In this document: in pieces, positions 10,751 through 23,378 of the stretch
Layout of the letters: each line of letters opens with the position of its first letter
How positions within the stretch are numbered: the stretch's first letter is position 1
Assembly: GCF_003918875.1 (NCBI RefSeq)
Contig: NW_025766503.1
Span: 496,001 to 560,000, forward strand
DNA: 64,000 nt
Source of the DNA: Haliotis rubra
Lineage: Eukaryota
Reading direction: 5' to 3'
The notes under the pieces: model-generated
Databases searched by the model: none
What the model saw: the letters and a program-made list of their open reading frames with translations, nothing else
What the model was told of the DNA's origin: nothing
Program-made: the position numbers and the translations under genes

Positions 10751-13152
10751 GAGTTTGACTTTTCATGGTCAATGACCTGATGGACAGAATGGCGCTTTGG
10801 ACAACCATCTGACCAAATCTAGGGTCATCTGACGTTCAACGACTAATGCAAATCTCAGTCAGATGTCCCTGTTACAATGTTAACTATTTATCTCATTAAC
10901 GATATAAATTAACAGTAGTTGTACGTGACACCTCTTTATTGAATATCCCCCACTGTTTTAACAGCATACAAGGAGCTCGACTAAATGTCTGGACTAGTTA
11001 TATCCTCGTTTAGGGTTATTTCCGCTATTTGTCTATATGGATGCAATCAATACTCTCTGAATCGTTCTCTCGTCATTGTATATGAGGGCACAAAAGCGTA
11101 ATCAGCTCTACATCAAGACGCTGTCCTTGGATCTTCCACATCCTGGAGACGAAGGTCTTCCCTCGCGTCACATAATGACTGGAGGGTAGGACGGGGATGG
11201 CCCGCCTGCTTCATGGATGTCTTTGTGACTCAGGTCAGGACATACAATCACGTGCCATATTCAACCTAATACTAATTTGCTCTGCTCTGATACTGAGGGA
11301 TTAATCAACACTGGTTTGTTGTGTCGCCTAAATTGCGCACAACCAGCGTATCATTCTTGCCCTTAAATATCAATCTCCGTGTATCTTGACACCTGTCTAG
11401 CGTGTGTCATTAGGGGATGTTTCCCATTCGGTTGATAGAATCCAGAAGTCCAACCTCACATATCCTGACCATTACAGCAAAGGCTGCTGTTTAGTGTCTA
11501 TGGAAGCCTACCATTATCAACGATGTAGTCTATATCCTTGCAGCAGAGGAATCCTATGAACCATAGTTAATCTCAAAATGGGATGAGTTTATTGCGTGAT
11601 TTGTTTCTATTTGCTAAGTCGAATATCTCACATCTGTCCAGTCTGTAACTGGTGTTGGTCTTTAAAGGGCCTGGAATCAATATGTCTGTAGAACGTTATA
11701 TTGAACACGACGTGCGTGATACATGTGCTGCCGTCGAGCGGGAGGTTGGACCAGCGAGTCAGTGGATGAGTGGGAGTGAGGAAAGAGAGAGTTTTGCTTA
11801 AGCGTCAGCTATCTGGAAGCCATTCGCGGTGATCGGTCACAGGGCTCAGTTTTCTTGGACCTGGCGTCACATTACACGGACAATGAAAACTCCACACTAT
11901 TAAATAAGTTTTCATAAGTTATGTATATAACTTTTTAGCATTTCGAGTTATTTAACATCCCCAATTGTTCAACATCCCCACACTGCGTGAGTAAAACATA
12001 CAAACTTGAAAATGCTACCACCATCTTGATTACTAGCCACGTTATTGTTATATGTGGCCTCTTCAACGCAGTAGCAACAGCTGACTGGTCCACTTGTACA
12101 GGAAGGAAACCGTTCGTTTGGAAACCTGATACTTGATCGTATGATTGGGCGTCAATAATTACGATCGAGCGATGTCTTTAACGGGTCAAAGGAATCGTCA
12201 GTAGCTATTGATGTGCGACCCATCCTGTACATCCTGGCATTTAGAAGCTTGTTTGGCAAGGTTTATCAAGTCAGGTTAATGTTTGGCCTCGACGTTTTAT
12301 ATGCTCATCAAAAAGAATGGGATCATGAAATAAACATGTTAAAACTAAGTATTAACAGAAAGGTAAGTGTTGACAAACACCTCATGCAAGAATGTTTATG
12401 CATCAAAATACATGCTCTAGTGTGTACGTGATTCACGCAGTATCCACCCATTCCGTCATTTGACACTGTCAAGGAAGATCGATTAATCTTTGTGAACCAT
12501 TTTTCATCTGTTATGCTTATTGATTTTGTATATCAGTTTACCATGATTTAGTTGTCCTATCAAGGTTAGAACATCCAAGGCACCAGTAAAGGTTTCAAAC
12601 AGTTTTATGGTAGACATATGAAGGAAATTTCCAAATTTGATGCATCAGTGACAAAAATGATGTCCGATGCAAGTCCCTTATTTCCCTTGTGCCATACGTT
12701 CCCGAATTATTTCAGGTGAACAAATGACTAGACTTAGCATATGTTTATGACGGGTGCCACCGGTGGGGTAGCATACGCTCACCTTTTCGCGAACACCTGG
12801 TAGCATCACTATTTCATAGCGATTCATAAACACATGCTCTGTAATCGTTTCGCGCATGGTGACAATCACTGGATTGTCTGGTCCAGGCTCGATAGTTTAC
12901 AAACAACTTCAAACAGATGATATACTGTTGAAACAAATATATACTCATGATATAGTCACAGTTGTACAGTCGACTCTTCTTTAAGCAGAGATTTCTTATG
13001 GATGTGGAAAAGGTTTTGCCGCTTCTATTAATTGATTTCATTCAATTTTGTGTATTAACAAGTCATAGGGTTATTGCGCGTTGGAATCTTGCAGAAAGCA
13101 GCGTGCAGTGCAATTTTTCACTGTCTTTGATCAGTATCCACAACTTGTTTTG

Positions 13153-13775
13153 TCATCAGTGAAGATGATGACGTGAACGTTCCTCTGAAATATCTTCAGT
13201 GAGGATGATGACGTGAACGTTCCTCTGAGAACTATTTGTCATCAGTGAAGATGATGACGTGAACGTTCCTCTGAGTACTATATGTCATCAGTGAAGATCA
13301 TGACGTGGACGTTCCTCTGAAATATCTTCAGTGAAGATGATGACGTGAACGTTCCCCTGAGTAGCTATATGTCATCAGTGAAGATGATGACGTGAACGTT
13401 CCCTGAGTACTTTATGTCACCAGTGAAGATGATGACGTGAACGTTCCCCTGAGTACTATATGTCATCAGTGAAGATGATGACGTGAACGTTCCTCTGAGT
13501 ACTATATGTCTTCAGTGAAGATGATGACGTGAACGTTCCCCTGAGTACTATATGTCATCAGTGAAGATGATGACGTGAACGTTCCTCTGAGTACTATATG
13601 TCATCAGTGAAGATGATGACGTGAACGTTCCTCTGAGTACTATATGTCTTCAGTGAAGATGATGACGTGAACGTTCCTCTGAGTACTATATGTCAACAGT
13701 GAAGATCATGACGTGAACGTTTCTCTGAGTACTATATGTCATCAGTGAAGATGATGACGTGAACGTTCCTCTGAA
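13153..13775. repeat. ~46 bp minisatellite (~14 copies)
   Basis: Tandem TCATCAGTGAAGATGATGACGTGAACGTTCCTCTGAGTACTATATG. Confidence 0.95.
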
Positions 13776-15062
13776 ATAACGACATGAGACGTGTAAAAGA
13801 AACCACGCACCAACCAACCAACATGAGGTGTCTGGTGGGGACTGTGAGCCAGGGAGTTGTCAATAGAATTGTCAATGTATACAAGCGAGGCAGTTTCGTG
13901 ACATGGGTAACGCCCGAACATCCTGACAAGTTGATTGGAACTTGGTATTACACTGCTACGCTGACAGGTTTGGCCATACCAGGATATGATGAACGTTGTA
14001 GATGCGGCCACTAAACGTTATGCAAGTATTGATGGTAGTGGTGAGTGCCGACCAGAAGCGTGTATGATCAGGACGGGTAATTTGCAGTTGACGTGGTGCT
14101 GACAGCATGTTTGTTGGTGGGATCGGGATGGAGTTTCCGGTTTCCCCGATCTGCCGGTACAGCATGGATTTGTGGAAACAGAAGAAAATTGATTTTTCGA
14201 GTTACCATCGTTCTTGGAAGTCCAGGTCGTAGTCAGTATGATATATATGAATTGGATGACTTCGTACTATGCTACAATACCGAGGAACCTTCTCAACCCT
14301 CCGTTGCCATTCCATGACAGTGATCTATGGTTATGCGTTGTAAATATGAACGTTGTCTGCTGTAGTTCCGATCTAGACATTTACACCTGCGTATTAACGT
14401 ACGTCAGCATGAGGTCCTGTTTCCGGTGCAAATACGCGGGATCGACATCAATTCTACAAGTATTCTAAGCAGTTCCTTGTCAGTTAACAATAAACTGAAA
14501 GGAGTAATGAGTTGTTTGGAAACGTCATCCAGTGATACTACATAGGCTTACATAGACTCATGGGTAATACATAACAATACCACAATATGCTGCACCATTC
14601 CTGTTTTCCAGCTGCCATAATCATGTGACTTTATGAATGAGACATTGTATACATTTACAACGAAAAGAAAGGACGAAAGTATGGCAAATCCTTTCAAATT
14701 ACGACGTATTGCTTGAATGTTAAAGTCTACTAAGTCTACTAAGCAGCTCTTCCCATAAAAACTTCTCTTTTTTGTTATTTTGCAGAAATATCACAAAAAG
14801 CGGTAGGCTTCGCGACGCCCAAAGTCTGGTTTGACTTTCCCACGTGAATGGAACAGTTTGTGGTTTCAGTTTTCACCGTGATGTTATTGAAACCGACTTA
14901 GGCTGTACCCACCGGCTCACACCATGTCAGTTATACATATACATTATACATATGTTGAAATAAGTAGTAATTAGTGATCCAAACAGCAAATCAAGTTACA
15001 GGCAGTAACGTACGTTACAAGTAGTGAAATACGATGGATCTACAAAACTTTATATCAGATTG

Positions 15063-16143
15063 TTAACGTTTAATAAGAGCATGCTTAATATAGTACGACA
15101 GCTTTATTATTACATGCTGGCCAGTTGATGAAAGAAGTAGTTTAAAAGCTAATGAAAGTGTCTTACATAAATAATATTCAGTTATATATTTCGTATGCAA
15201 AAAAGGACATACGAGTAGAAAATACATTTCATTTTCCACATCTAAATTACACAGAGGGCACATCCTCTTGCATCTTTCAATATAAAAAACTTCTTTCGTT
15301 TACCAATATATTGTTGATCAAGCCTAACCTAAAACATGTAACTGGATATCTTAATTCCTTTGATGTTAAAAGCGATATATATTTCTCTGGCTGAAGTAAT
15401 GATTTGTATATTCTATAAGAGTCATACTGTGAACTATTATCTATACTGAACAACATTAGAAACACACCACCCATATAATGCGAAATATTCCCGTCAGACA
15501 GAAATGTACCCATGGTATCTGAGCAGCGTCGGTGCATTTTAGTGTGGTGCATTTCTAATGTTGTTCAGTATATTACTGAATGCCCATTCTTGCTTAAACA
15601 TATTAAGACTTCTTTCACGAAACTGAGTTAAAAATAAACTTGCATCACCAACTGACTGGCTTAACCATACAAAACCATAACAATGTGAAAACAGAAGTTT
15701 TCTTACATAAGATGCCAACGTCACTTCACCAATGTTGTCCAAATGAATAAGCATGTCATAAGACTTTTTAGGCAATCTGTTTTCTTGCATACACAATATC
15801 TTAAACCAGAATTTTATACATCGAATATGAGCATTTATATACAGGGGATACTTGCCACATTCACCGTACACTATACAATTAGATGTAGATAGTCCAACAT
15901 TTAAAAACTTCTTACAGGCCATGAGATGTATTTTTCTATGCATTCATATCGCTGGAATCCCCAGATCTCGGATCCATACAAAAGAATAGGTTGAATTTGA
16001 CAATCAAATAGTATAAAGTAAATACTGGGCGTCAACACACCAATTTTATACAAGGCAGATAAAACACTTATCAATGCTTTCTTAGCTTTCAATGATAATT
16101 CAGGAACACGTGTTTTCCAATTCATAGTGGATGATACACTCAC
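15063..16143 (-). pseudogene. LINE ORF2 3' fragment (RT thumb to C-terminal Cys/His knuckle), same group as the 49-52 kb element
   Basis: QPILLYGSEIWG, VYGECGKYPL...IKFW, CPLCNLDVENEMYFLLVCPF; frameshifted. Confidence 0.85.
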
Positions 16144-16184
16144 TCCTCTTCGTCAGAGTACACATTAAACCGTACACATATTGT

Positions 16185-18556
16185 CGCACCTCACCGTTAG
16201 AGGACACAGTCAATAGACACACACACACACACTCCTCACCGTCAGAGGACACACCTCTCTCACCGTCAGAGGACACCACAACTCTCTCACCGTCAGAGGA
16301 CACGCACATCCCTCACCGTCAGAGGACACGCACATCCCTCACCGTCAGAGGACACGCACATCCCTCACCGTCAGAGGACACACATCCCTCACCGTCAGAG
16401 GACACGCACATCCCTCACAGTCAAAGGACACGCACATCTCTCACCGGCAGAGGACACACATCCCTCACCGTCAGAGGACACGCACATCTCTCACCGTCAG
16501 AGGAGACACATCCCTCACCGTCAGAGGAGACACATCCCTCACCGTCAGAGGACACACACATCTCTCACCATAGAGGACACACATCTCTCACCGTCAGAGG
16601 ACACATATCTCTCTCACCGTGAGAGGACACACACATAAGACAGCCATCGACTTCAGAGAACACACACATCCCTCCTCGTCAGAAAACACACATATCCCTC
16701 GTCGTCACACACATCCCTCGTCGTCAAAGTACTCACACATCCCTCGTCATCAGAGAACACACACACACCCCGTCGTCAAAGGACTCACACATCCCTCGTT
16801 GCCAGAGAACACACACATCCCTCATCGTCAGAGAACACACACATCCCTCGTCAGCAGAGAACACACACACGCACACCGTCGTCAAAGGATTCACACATCC
16901 CTCGTCTTCAGAGAACACACACATCCCTTGTCGTCAGAGAACAAACACATCCCTCATTATCACACACACATCCCTCGTCGTCACACTCATCCCTCGTCAT
17001 CAAAGGACTCAAACATCCCTCGTTGCCAGAGAACACACACATCCCTCATCGTCAGAGAACACACACATCCCTAGTCAGCAGAGAACACACACACACACCG
17101 TCGTCAAAGGATTCACACATCCCTCGTCTTCAGAAAACACACACATCCCTTGTCGTCAGAGTACAAACACATCCCTCATTGTCATACACATCCCCCGTCG
17201 TCAGAGAACACACACATCCCTTGTTGTCAGAGAGCACACTCATCCCTCGTCGTTACACACGTACCTTATCGTCAGAGAACACACACATCCATCGTCGTCA
17301 AAGGACTCACACATCCCTCCACGTCAGAGGACACATACATTTCTCACCGCCAAAGAACACACATCCATCGTAGTCAGAGGACACACACAGCCCTTGTCCT
17401 CAGAGAACACACTGATCCCTCGTCGTCAGAAACCACACATCCCTCGTCGTCAGAGAAACACACACATCCCTCGTCGTCACACACATCCCTCGTCATCAAA
17501 GGACTCACACATCCCTAGTGGCCAGAGAACACACACACCCCTCGTTGCCAGAGAACACACACATCCCTCGTCCTCAGAGAACACACACACCGTCGTCAAA
17601 GGACTCACACATCCCTCATCTTCAGAGAACACACACATCCCTAGTCGTCAGAGAACAAACACATCTCTCGTTGTCACACACATCACCCGTCGTCAGAGAA
17701 ACACACACATCAATCGTCATCAAAGAACACACACATCACTCGTCGTCAGAGAACAACACGCATCCCTCGTCACACACATCACTCGTCGTCAGAGAACACA
17801 CACATCCCTCACCGTCAGAGAATAAACACATCCCTTGTCGTCACACACATCCCTCGTCGTTAGAGGACACACACATCCCTTGTCGTCAGAGAACACACAT
17901 ATCCCTCATCGTCAAAGAACACACATCCCTCGTCATCAGAGAAGCACACACACATCCCTCACAGTCAAAGAACACATACATCTCACACCATCAGAGGACA
18001 CACAGCCCTCACCGTCAGAAGACACACCTCTCTCACCGTCAGAGGACACACACATCTCTCACCGTCAGAGAACACACATCCTTCGTCATCAAAGGACTCA
18101 CACATCCCTCGTGGCCAGAGAACACACACATCCCTTGTCGTCAGAGAACACACACATCCCTCGTCGTCAGAGAACACACATCACTCGTCTTCAGAGAACT
18201 CACACATCCCTCGTCATCAGAGAACACACACATCCCTCATCGTCAAAGGACTCACACATCCCTCTTCGCCACACATATCCCTCGTCATCAGAGAACACAC
18301 ACATCCCTCGTCGTCAGAGACACACGCAGCCCGTGTCGTCAAAGGACACACATATGAGAGGACACACATATACATCTCTCACCATCAGAGGGCACACACA
18401 TATATCTCCCACCGTCAGAGGGCACACACATACATCTCTCACCGTGAGCGGACACACATATACATCTCTCACCCTCAGAGGGCACACATATACATCTCTC
18501 ACCGTCAGAGAACACACACATACATCTTTCACCGTCAGATGGCACACACATACACC
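16185..18556. repeat. Complex CA-rich satellite (24-30 bp units, TCACCGTCAGAGGACACACAC / TCGTCGTCAGAGAACACAC)
   Basis: Direct inspection; it produces the His/Thr/Ser-rich spurious ORFs. Confidence 0.95.
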
Positions 18557-18608
18557 TGTTTTTTTGGGGGGCGGGGGGGTGTTGTTAAATAAATTTGGGT
18601 CGGCCATT

Positions 18609-18734
18609 TTGTTTTTATGACGTCTCATAGGTGTGATCTTTGTGTGACCTAATCGACTGTTGAACCCTTAAGCCCCACCCTCCTTCGGGAGTCCCCTTCC
18701 GGCACAGGTGTTTGTATGACCTTCAGGTTGACCT
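18609..18734 (+). repeat. Left inverted repeat of element B
   Basis: CTTTGTGTGACCTAATCGACTGTTGAACCCTTAAGCCCCACCCTCC...CCGGCACAGGTGT...CCTTCAGGTTGACCT is the reverse complement, with mismatches, of 28517-28629. Confidence 0.9.
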
Positions 18735-18906
18735 CATTTCACAGGGGGCAATGTAACGAGCTGACCTTGGGACTTTCCCAGAGGTATTTTTAGACTCGTG
18801 TGTGGGCAATATAAGGCTCCCGAACAGTCCCCATGTCATTCAGTCGCCAGAGAGAATGCACGCATTCTCTTGACTCTACTGGTTCTTGTAGCCGTTTACC
18901 TCGAAG

Positions 18907-19095
18907 ATGGAAGCCGTTCACCGTGATATTCTGAGGAAGAATCGCTCTGGCCTAGTGCAAGCTATACAGCCTGTAGAAGAGGTGGTCGACAAACTGGTAC
19001 AGTTTGAAGTCCTTACCATCTTCATGAGGCAGAGATTATCGAAAAAACACAAACATCCTTTGACGGGGTCAGAGCCTTATTAGATATAATCCGGC
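18907..19095 (+). pseudogene. CARD domain, N-terminal two-thirds (5' part of CARD-PC4 gene)
   Basis: MEAVHRDILRKNRSGLVQAIQPVEEVVDKLVQFEVLTIFMRQ, a 1-nt frameshift near 19030, then EIIEKTQTSFDGVRALLDII. Confidence 0.8.
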
Positions 19096-19100
19096 AGCAG

Positions 19101-22100
19101 GTAGACATAACCTTGTTTTGATGTCTATAGTAGGTTTTTGTGTGGATTATGTTTGTTAAGACCACCGATATCAAGGGTAAGTTTACTGGACATCTGTCAG
19201 ATAAGTTATAAAAAACAAAATGGCCACCATTAGTTAAAGTGATTGCAATAAAATATTCTTTAAAAAGTGAACTATGAGAGTTGATTCGCACAAAATGGCA
19301 ATGTTATTATTGTGATGATGCTCTTTGTTCATTGTAACATGCAGTTGATGTCTGGTAAGCACAGAACATTGTGCATGGTAGTTTCGCACGGTTACATCCA
19401 CATGTTGAAGACTTGGGGTTTCACTTGAGCAGGAACACCTGATCATCTGTAAGATCTTACTTGGAGCTAGGGGACTGTCTGCAGGTACTGTTGTTGGTCG
19501 TAATGACTTCATACTCTGTTCTTTCATCCATCCATAGTCTGTGGCTTCCAACTTCTGAGGATCAAGTTGCAGTGCATTCTTCCAAAGAAAGGTTTGCAAA
19601 TGAGCTCTCTTGACATTTTCAGTGAATGCTTCTGTAGTTGGTAGCAGTAAGGCAAGCTTGGGAACATGTGTTATTCCAGGCTTCCCAATTTGAGCAGTCC
19701 ATACACTAACTCTTGCTTCTGTCATGGATGTAGCCATTGGCTGTCCATAACATTCAGCTGTGAATCTGGTCGCTTGCGCAATCACATCAGACCAATCTGA
19801 CCAATGTTGCCGATCTTGTCCACAGACACATTCTTTCCCAGCACTTTCAGCATTTTTCCTTTCCCTACTCCATAGCATGCTGCCACAGTGTCACAGCCAG
19901 ACAGAGCATGACCAGCCAATAATGATGGAATTATATCACGATGCTTCCCAACAGCAGCTTGTATATCAATTACCTTTCTCTCTTTAATAGGTGATGCCAT
20001 CACCATTGGTAATTGTAAGCCTTGTTGATGAGTAATGATGAACACAAGATGTTTTTTCATTCTCTCTCAGGATTGATAAATCTTCGGCCACATACATGCA
20101 GACTAAGTGCCCATGTCTTCAGAGTTTCGGGTTTCAGTGTAATGCCAATGATGCCAGATTTACCATGCCCATACCGCAAAAAAGTCGTCTCAATAAACAT
20201 GTCACTCCACAGACCATTCCATAATCCTGGTACATGCCGCATTACATGAGCACCCTTCATGAAGTGTTCTGGTATGTTAGCTGGCAACTCCTCCATGCTC
20301 CTCAGATAATACAGGCCATATCTAGCATAGTTGACGTGCCTAGATGCAAAGAAGTATGGCATCATCAGTTTCACTGCCTGCAGGTGTAGAGGCCAATCAC
20401 CTTCTCGCTCTGCTCGTACGTACAACATCATTATAAGGACTGGTTTTATGAACACATCAACCCACAGTTTTGAAGTGCGACTTTTGGATGCCAGGTCTTC
20501 AGGTACATTCATAAAATCATGATGGCCCTTCAGCTGAGTTTTACCAATAACATCTCTAAGCAGCTCCTCGGCAACCATGTGCATTTTTTCAACAACCTCC
20601 AGAGACAGACTTCAAAATTTCTTACAGGCCAGTCTCAGTCATCAATGTTCCAATAGCACCCACAAAACTCATCAGCATATGCATTCCACCCAATCTTGAG
20701 ATCAGATTTGGAAACAGATCTGGATGAGCCCACTGAATATCCACTGCAAGTTGTAGATTAGTGGTGAACACAGTGAAATTTTGTCCAATTGTTTCTGTTA
20801 ACTGCTGTGCTTTGCTCATTGCAGTCATGATGGTATCAGGATGAGCTGGTGGCATATCAATCAATTGTGGATTGTGGAGACATAAAATTCACACGACAGT
20901 TTTTGTGATAGCATGCATCAGCAGCATGTAAATCACTAACAGCTCCACACACCATGACTCTAACTTGAGATGCCCATTCATCACTCCGTTCGTCACACTT
21001 CTCAAGGATTTCTTGCTTCAATGACTGTTTATGTCTCATTCTTACAAATTGTGTGCAAATATAACCTGGCCTCCATCTTGAAGGATTTTTTGGATCCTTT
21101 TTAACTTGACATTCTTCCCGAAAATAACTACAGTGATGCTTAAAGTTAAATTTTGGGAGCTCAGACCATTTTGCTGTTTTTGGAGCAGGCACACCCACAT
21201 CTGCATCACCAACATGACGTTTCACAGCCTTTCGGACTTCCTTAGGATGAAGGTACTTTTCTACGCATACCTTGTGGGCTTGAAGGATGATACTTGAATC
21301 AATCTCAAACTGGGGCTGCAGTTTCACATGGTACAGCTGACTACATCTAATAATGTTCTGAATTCGCTTGGCCTTAATGTTAATGAGTCCCTTACTTCGT
21401 AGGGAATCATTGTATTTAAATTTCCAATTAAAATAGCACTCCCTCTCCATGGCACTTTATCTAAAACAAGAGATTTACAATAAGTTGCCATGTGAAGTGC
21501 CAATGCGACTGTTGCGTACTGATAAAAGGCCAATGCTCAGAGAAACAAGTGATCTCAAACCATTTGCCATATATAACTATAACGTAATGTGTTTTAAATA
21601 GAACAGGATGTCATTCTGTTTGTAGCAAGGTTAATATATTGACAGCAGTTAGCTGTACACACACATTCAGAATGTCTACATCCACGTTCACTTACAGCTA
21701 TTAACTTAATTAAGCTACCCATTCCTCTTTGAAATTAAAATATAACCACGCACATATAATTCAACTTACTTGGCTAAGCCTTGAAAAAAGACTGACCAAC
21801 ATGGTTGTATAATATTAATATTAGTATTCGACAAGCATGCATTCACCATCTAATGTATTACAGATAGAGCAAAAATTAACTTCCCAATGAAGTGGTTGTG
21901 GCCAGCTTTAAGTGATGACATCATCAGGAAGTACAGAAATGTGTGGTTGTTGTTGAGGAAATTTTGTTTAGTTTAAGTGACATTGTAATTTTTTACAGCT
22001 AGACACCAAAAATAGATACGTTGCTTATATACATAATTATGTTTAATTATATTCGCTACTACTCATAATGCTCAATGCTGATGGGGTCCAGTAAGACATT

Positions 22101-22186
22101 TTTCTAAATAGATGGTCTTGAGATGCAAAATTCACAAAAAAACTTACTACAGACACCAAAGCAAGGTTGTGCCCCAAAAGTGGAGC
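19101..22186 (-). mobile_element. Academ-type DNA transposon (internally deleted) inserted in the CARD gene; ends approximate
   Basis: Imperfect ~90 bp inverted repeats (from ~19106 and ending ~22171). Minus-strand ORF fragments carry RLGGMHMLMSFVGAIG, RAEREGDWPLHL...NYARY, HALSGCDT...GVGK (XPG-like) and a C-terminal Cys cluster. Confidence 0.75.
19300..21450 (-). pseudogene. Academ-type transposase/XPG/Cys-cluster polyprotein, fragmented
   Basis: ORFs 20857-21450, 20622-20864, 20057-20584, 19782-20060 and 19234-19878 are colinear pieces of one protein. Confidence 0.75.
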
Positions 22187-22807
22187 AGGCGAGGACCCCA
22201 AGCTTACACCCTCTTCTGTAAAGCTTTGGAGGAATGTGGAGAGATACAAGCTATGCCATTGCTGGGACTAGAGACAGACAAGACAGAGCTACAGGATCCT
22301 CGTTGTCATATAGACTTAGGCAATGACGTATTTGTGACGGCCAAGATGTGGAATGGAGAACTAGGAATTCGTGTAAGGAAGTACGATGTATATCCTAGTG
22401 AGAGAAGTTATCCTACCAAACGTGGTATTGTCCTGAGTTTGAAACATTGGCTGGAACTTCGTGGAGTCCATTTCAAGCTTCAGGAGGCCATCGATCAAGG
22501 AAGGACCCATGATTATGCTCATGTGGGTGCCAATATGTTTGCTACTTTGGATCCAAATGGTGGTGTGGATCTACGACAGTGGGAGAAAAATGAACAACTG
22601 GGAAGAGTGGTACCTACAGCTAAGGGTATCTTGTTGTCTAAACAACAATGGCAGAAACTAAGAGACTGTTGTGAAGTGATGACAGATTTCGTACCCGAAC
22701 TCAAAGACATGGTTCCCTGTATGGGACAAGAGGATCATCGAAACCAGATGGGAGCTTTAATGTGTTCCTTCTGTAATCCCAATGACTATGAATGTTGGAG
22801 TAACTGA
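22187..22807 (+). CDS. 3' part of CARD-PC4 gene: last CARD helices, two PC4-like ssDNA-binding domains, Cys/His motif
   Basis: RRGPQAYTLFCKALEECGEIQAMPLL (CARD end); IRVRKY...PTKRGIVLSLKHWLEL and VDLRQW...PTAKGILLSKQQWQKL (PC4 x2); C...DHRNQMGALMCSFCNP. Confidence 0.85.
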   Translation, partial: RRGPQAYTLFCKALEECGEIQAMPLLGLETDKTELQDPRCHIDLGNDVFVTAKMWNGELGIRVRKYDVYPSERSYPTKRGIVLSLKHWLELRGVHFKLQEAIDQGRTHDYAHVGANMFATLDPNGGVDLRQWEKNEQLGRVVPTAKGILLSKQQWQKLRDCCEVMTDFVPELKDMVPCMGQEDHRNQMGALMCSFCNPNDYECWSN

Positions 22808-23275
22808 CTATTTTTCTATGGATGGAAGTCTCCCTTCAGTAATTTTCATCCATGCACATTAGACATAGATAATCGTATGTTCAATTGTACTGAACAATAT
22901 TACATGTATTCTAAGGCAATTTACTTTGGTGATCATACACTTGCAAGTCGTATTTTACTAGAGACTATTCCGGCTAAGCAAAAACGTCTTGGGAGATGTG
23001 TGAAAGGCTTTACTCAGAAAGTGTGGGACACTGTCAGTCTTGATGTTATGACTAAGGCATTAATGGCTAAATTTTCCCAGAACAAAAATGACTTGAAACA
23101 GATATTGATTCAATCCTATCCTAAACAGTTAGCTGAAGCTAGACCCTTAAATAAAAGATGGGGAATAGGAATTGATGTTTCTCATCCTGATATTGACAAA
23201 CCCTGGAAATGGCCGGGGGAAAACCTGTTGGGAAAAACATTAATGTATGTCCGTGAAAGGTTGTTGTTGTTGTAA
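22808..23275 (+). CDS. NADAR (YbiA/DUF1768) family protein
   Basis: FFYGWKSPFSNFHPC...TEQYYMYSKA...QKRLGR...KFSQN...LAEARP.NKRWGIG...WPGENLLGKTLMYVRERL. The conserved N-terminus lies upstream of the ORF-track Met at 22877. Confidence 0.9.
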   Translation, partial: LFFYGWKSPFSNFHPCTLDIDNRMFNCTEQYYMYSKAIYFGDHTLASRILLETIPAKQKRLGRCVKGFTQKVWDTVSLDVMTKALMAKFSQNKNDLKQILIQSYPKQLAEARPLNKRWGIGIDVSHPDIDKPWKWPGENLLGKTLMYVRERLLLL

Positions 23276-23378
23276 ATATTGTCCTGTAAATAATAAATAA
23301 AATTATTGTATTTTATTTTCGTGTTGGGTTTTGTTTAAATAGCATGATGCATGTGAGTCATGTTCAGTCGTGTCTAAG

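Noticed and set aside
16100-18628. Long His/Thr/Ser- or Cys/Val-rich ORFs (also 28597-29205, 30722-31180, 54148-54683)
   Set aside because: Translations of satellite DNA, open in several frames.
22112-22186. N-terminus of the 231 aa ORF as a native start
   Set aside because: Derived from the inserted transposon's inverted repeat.
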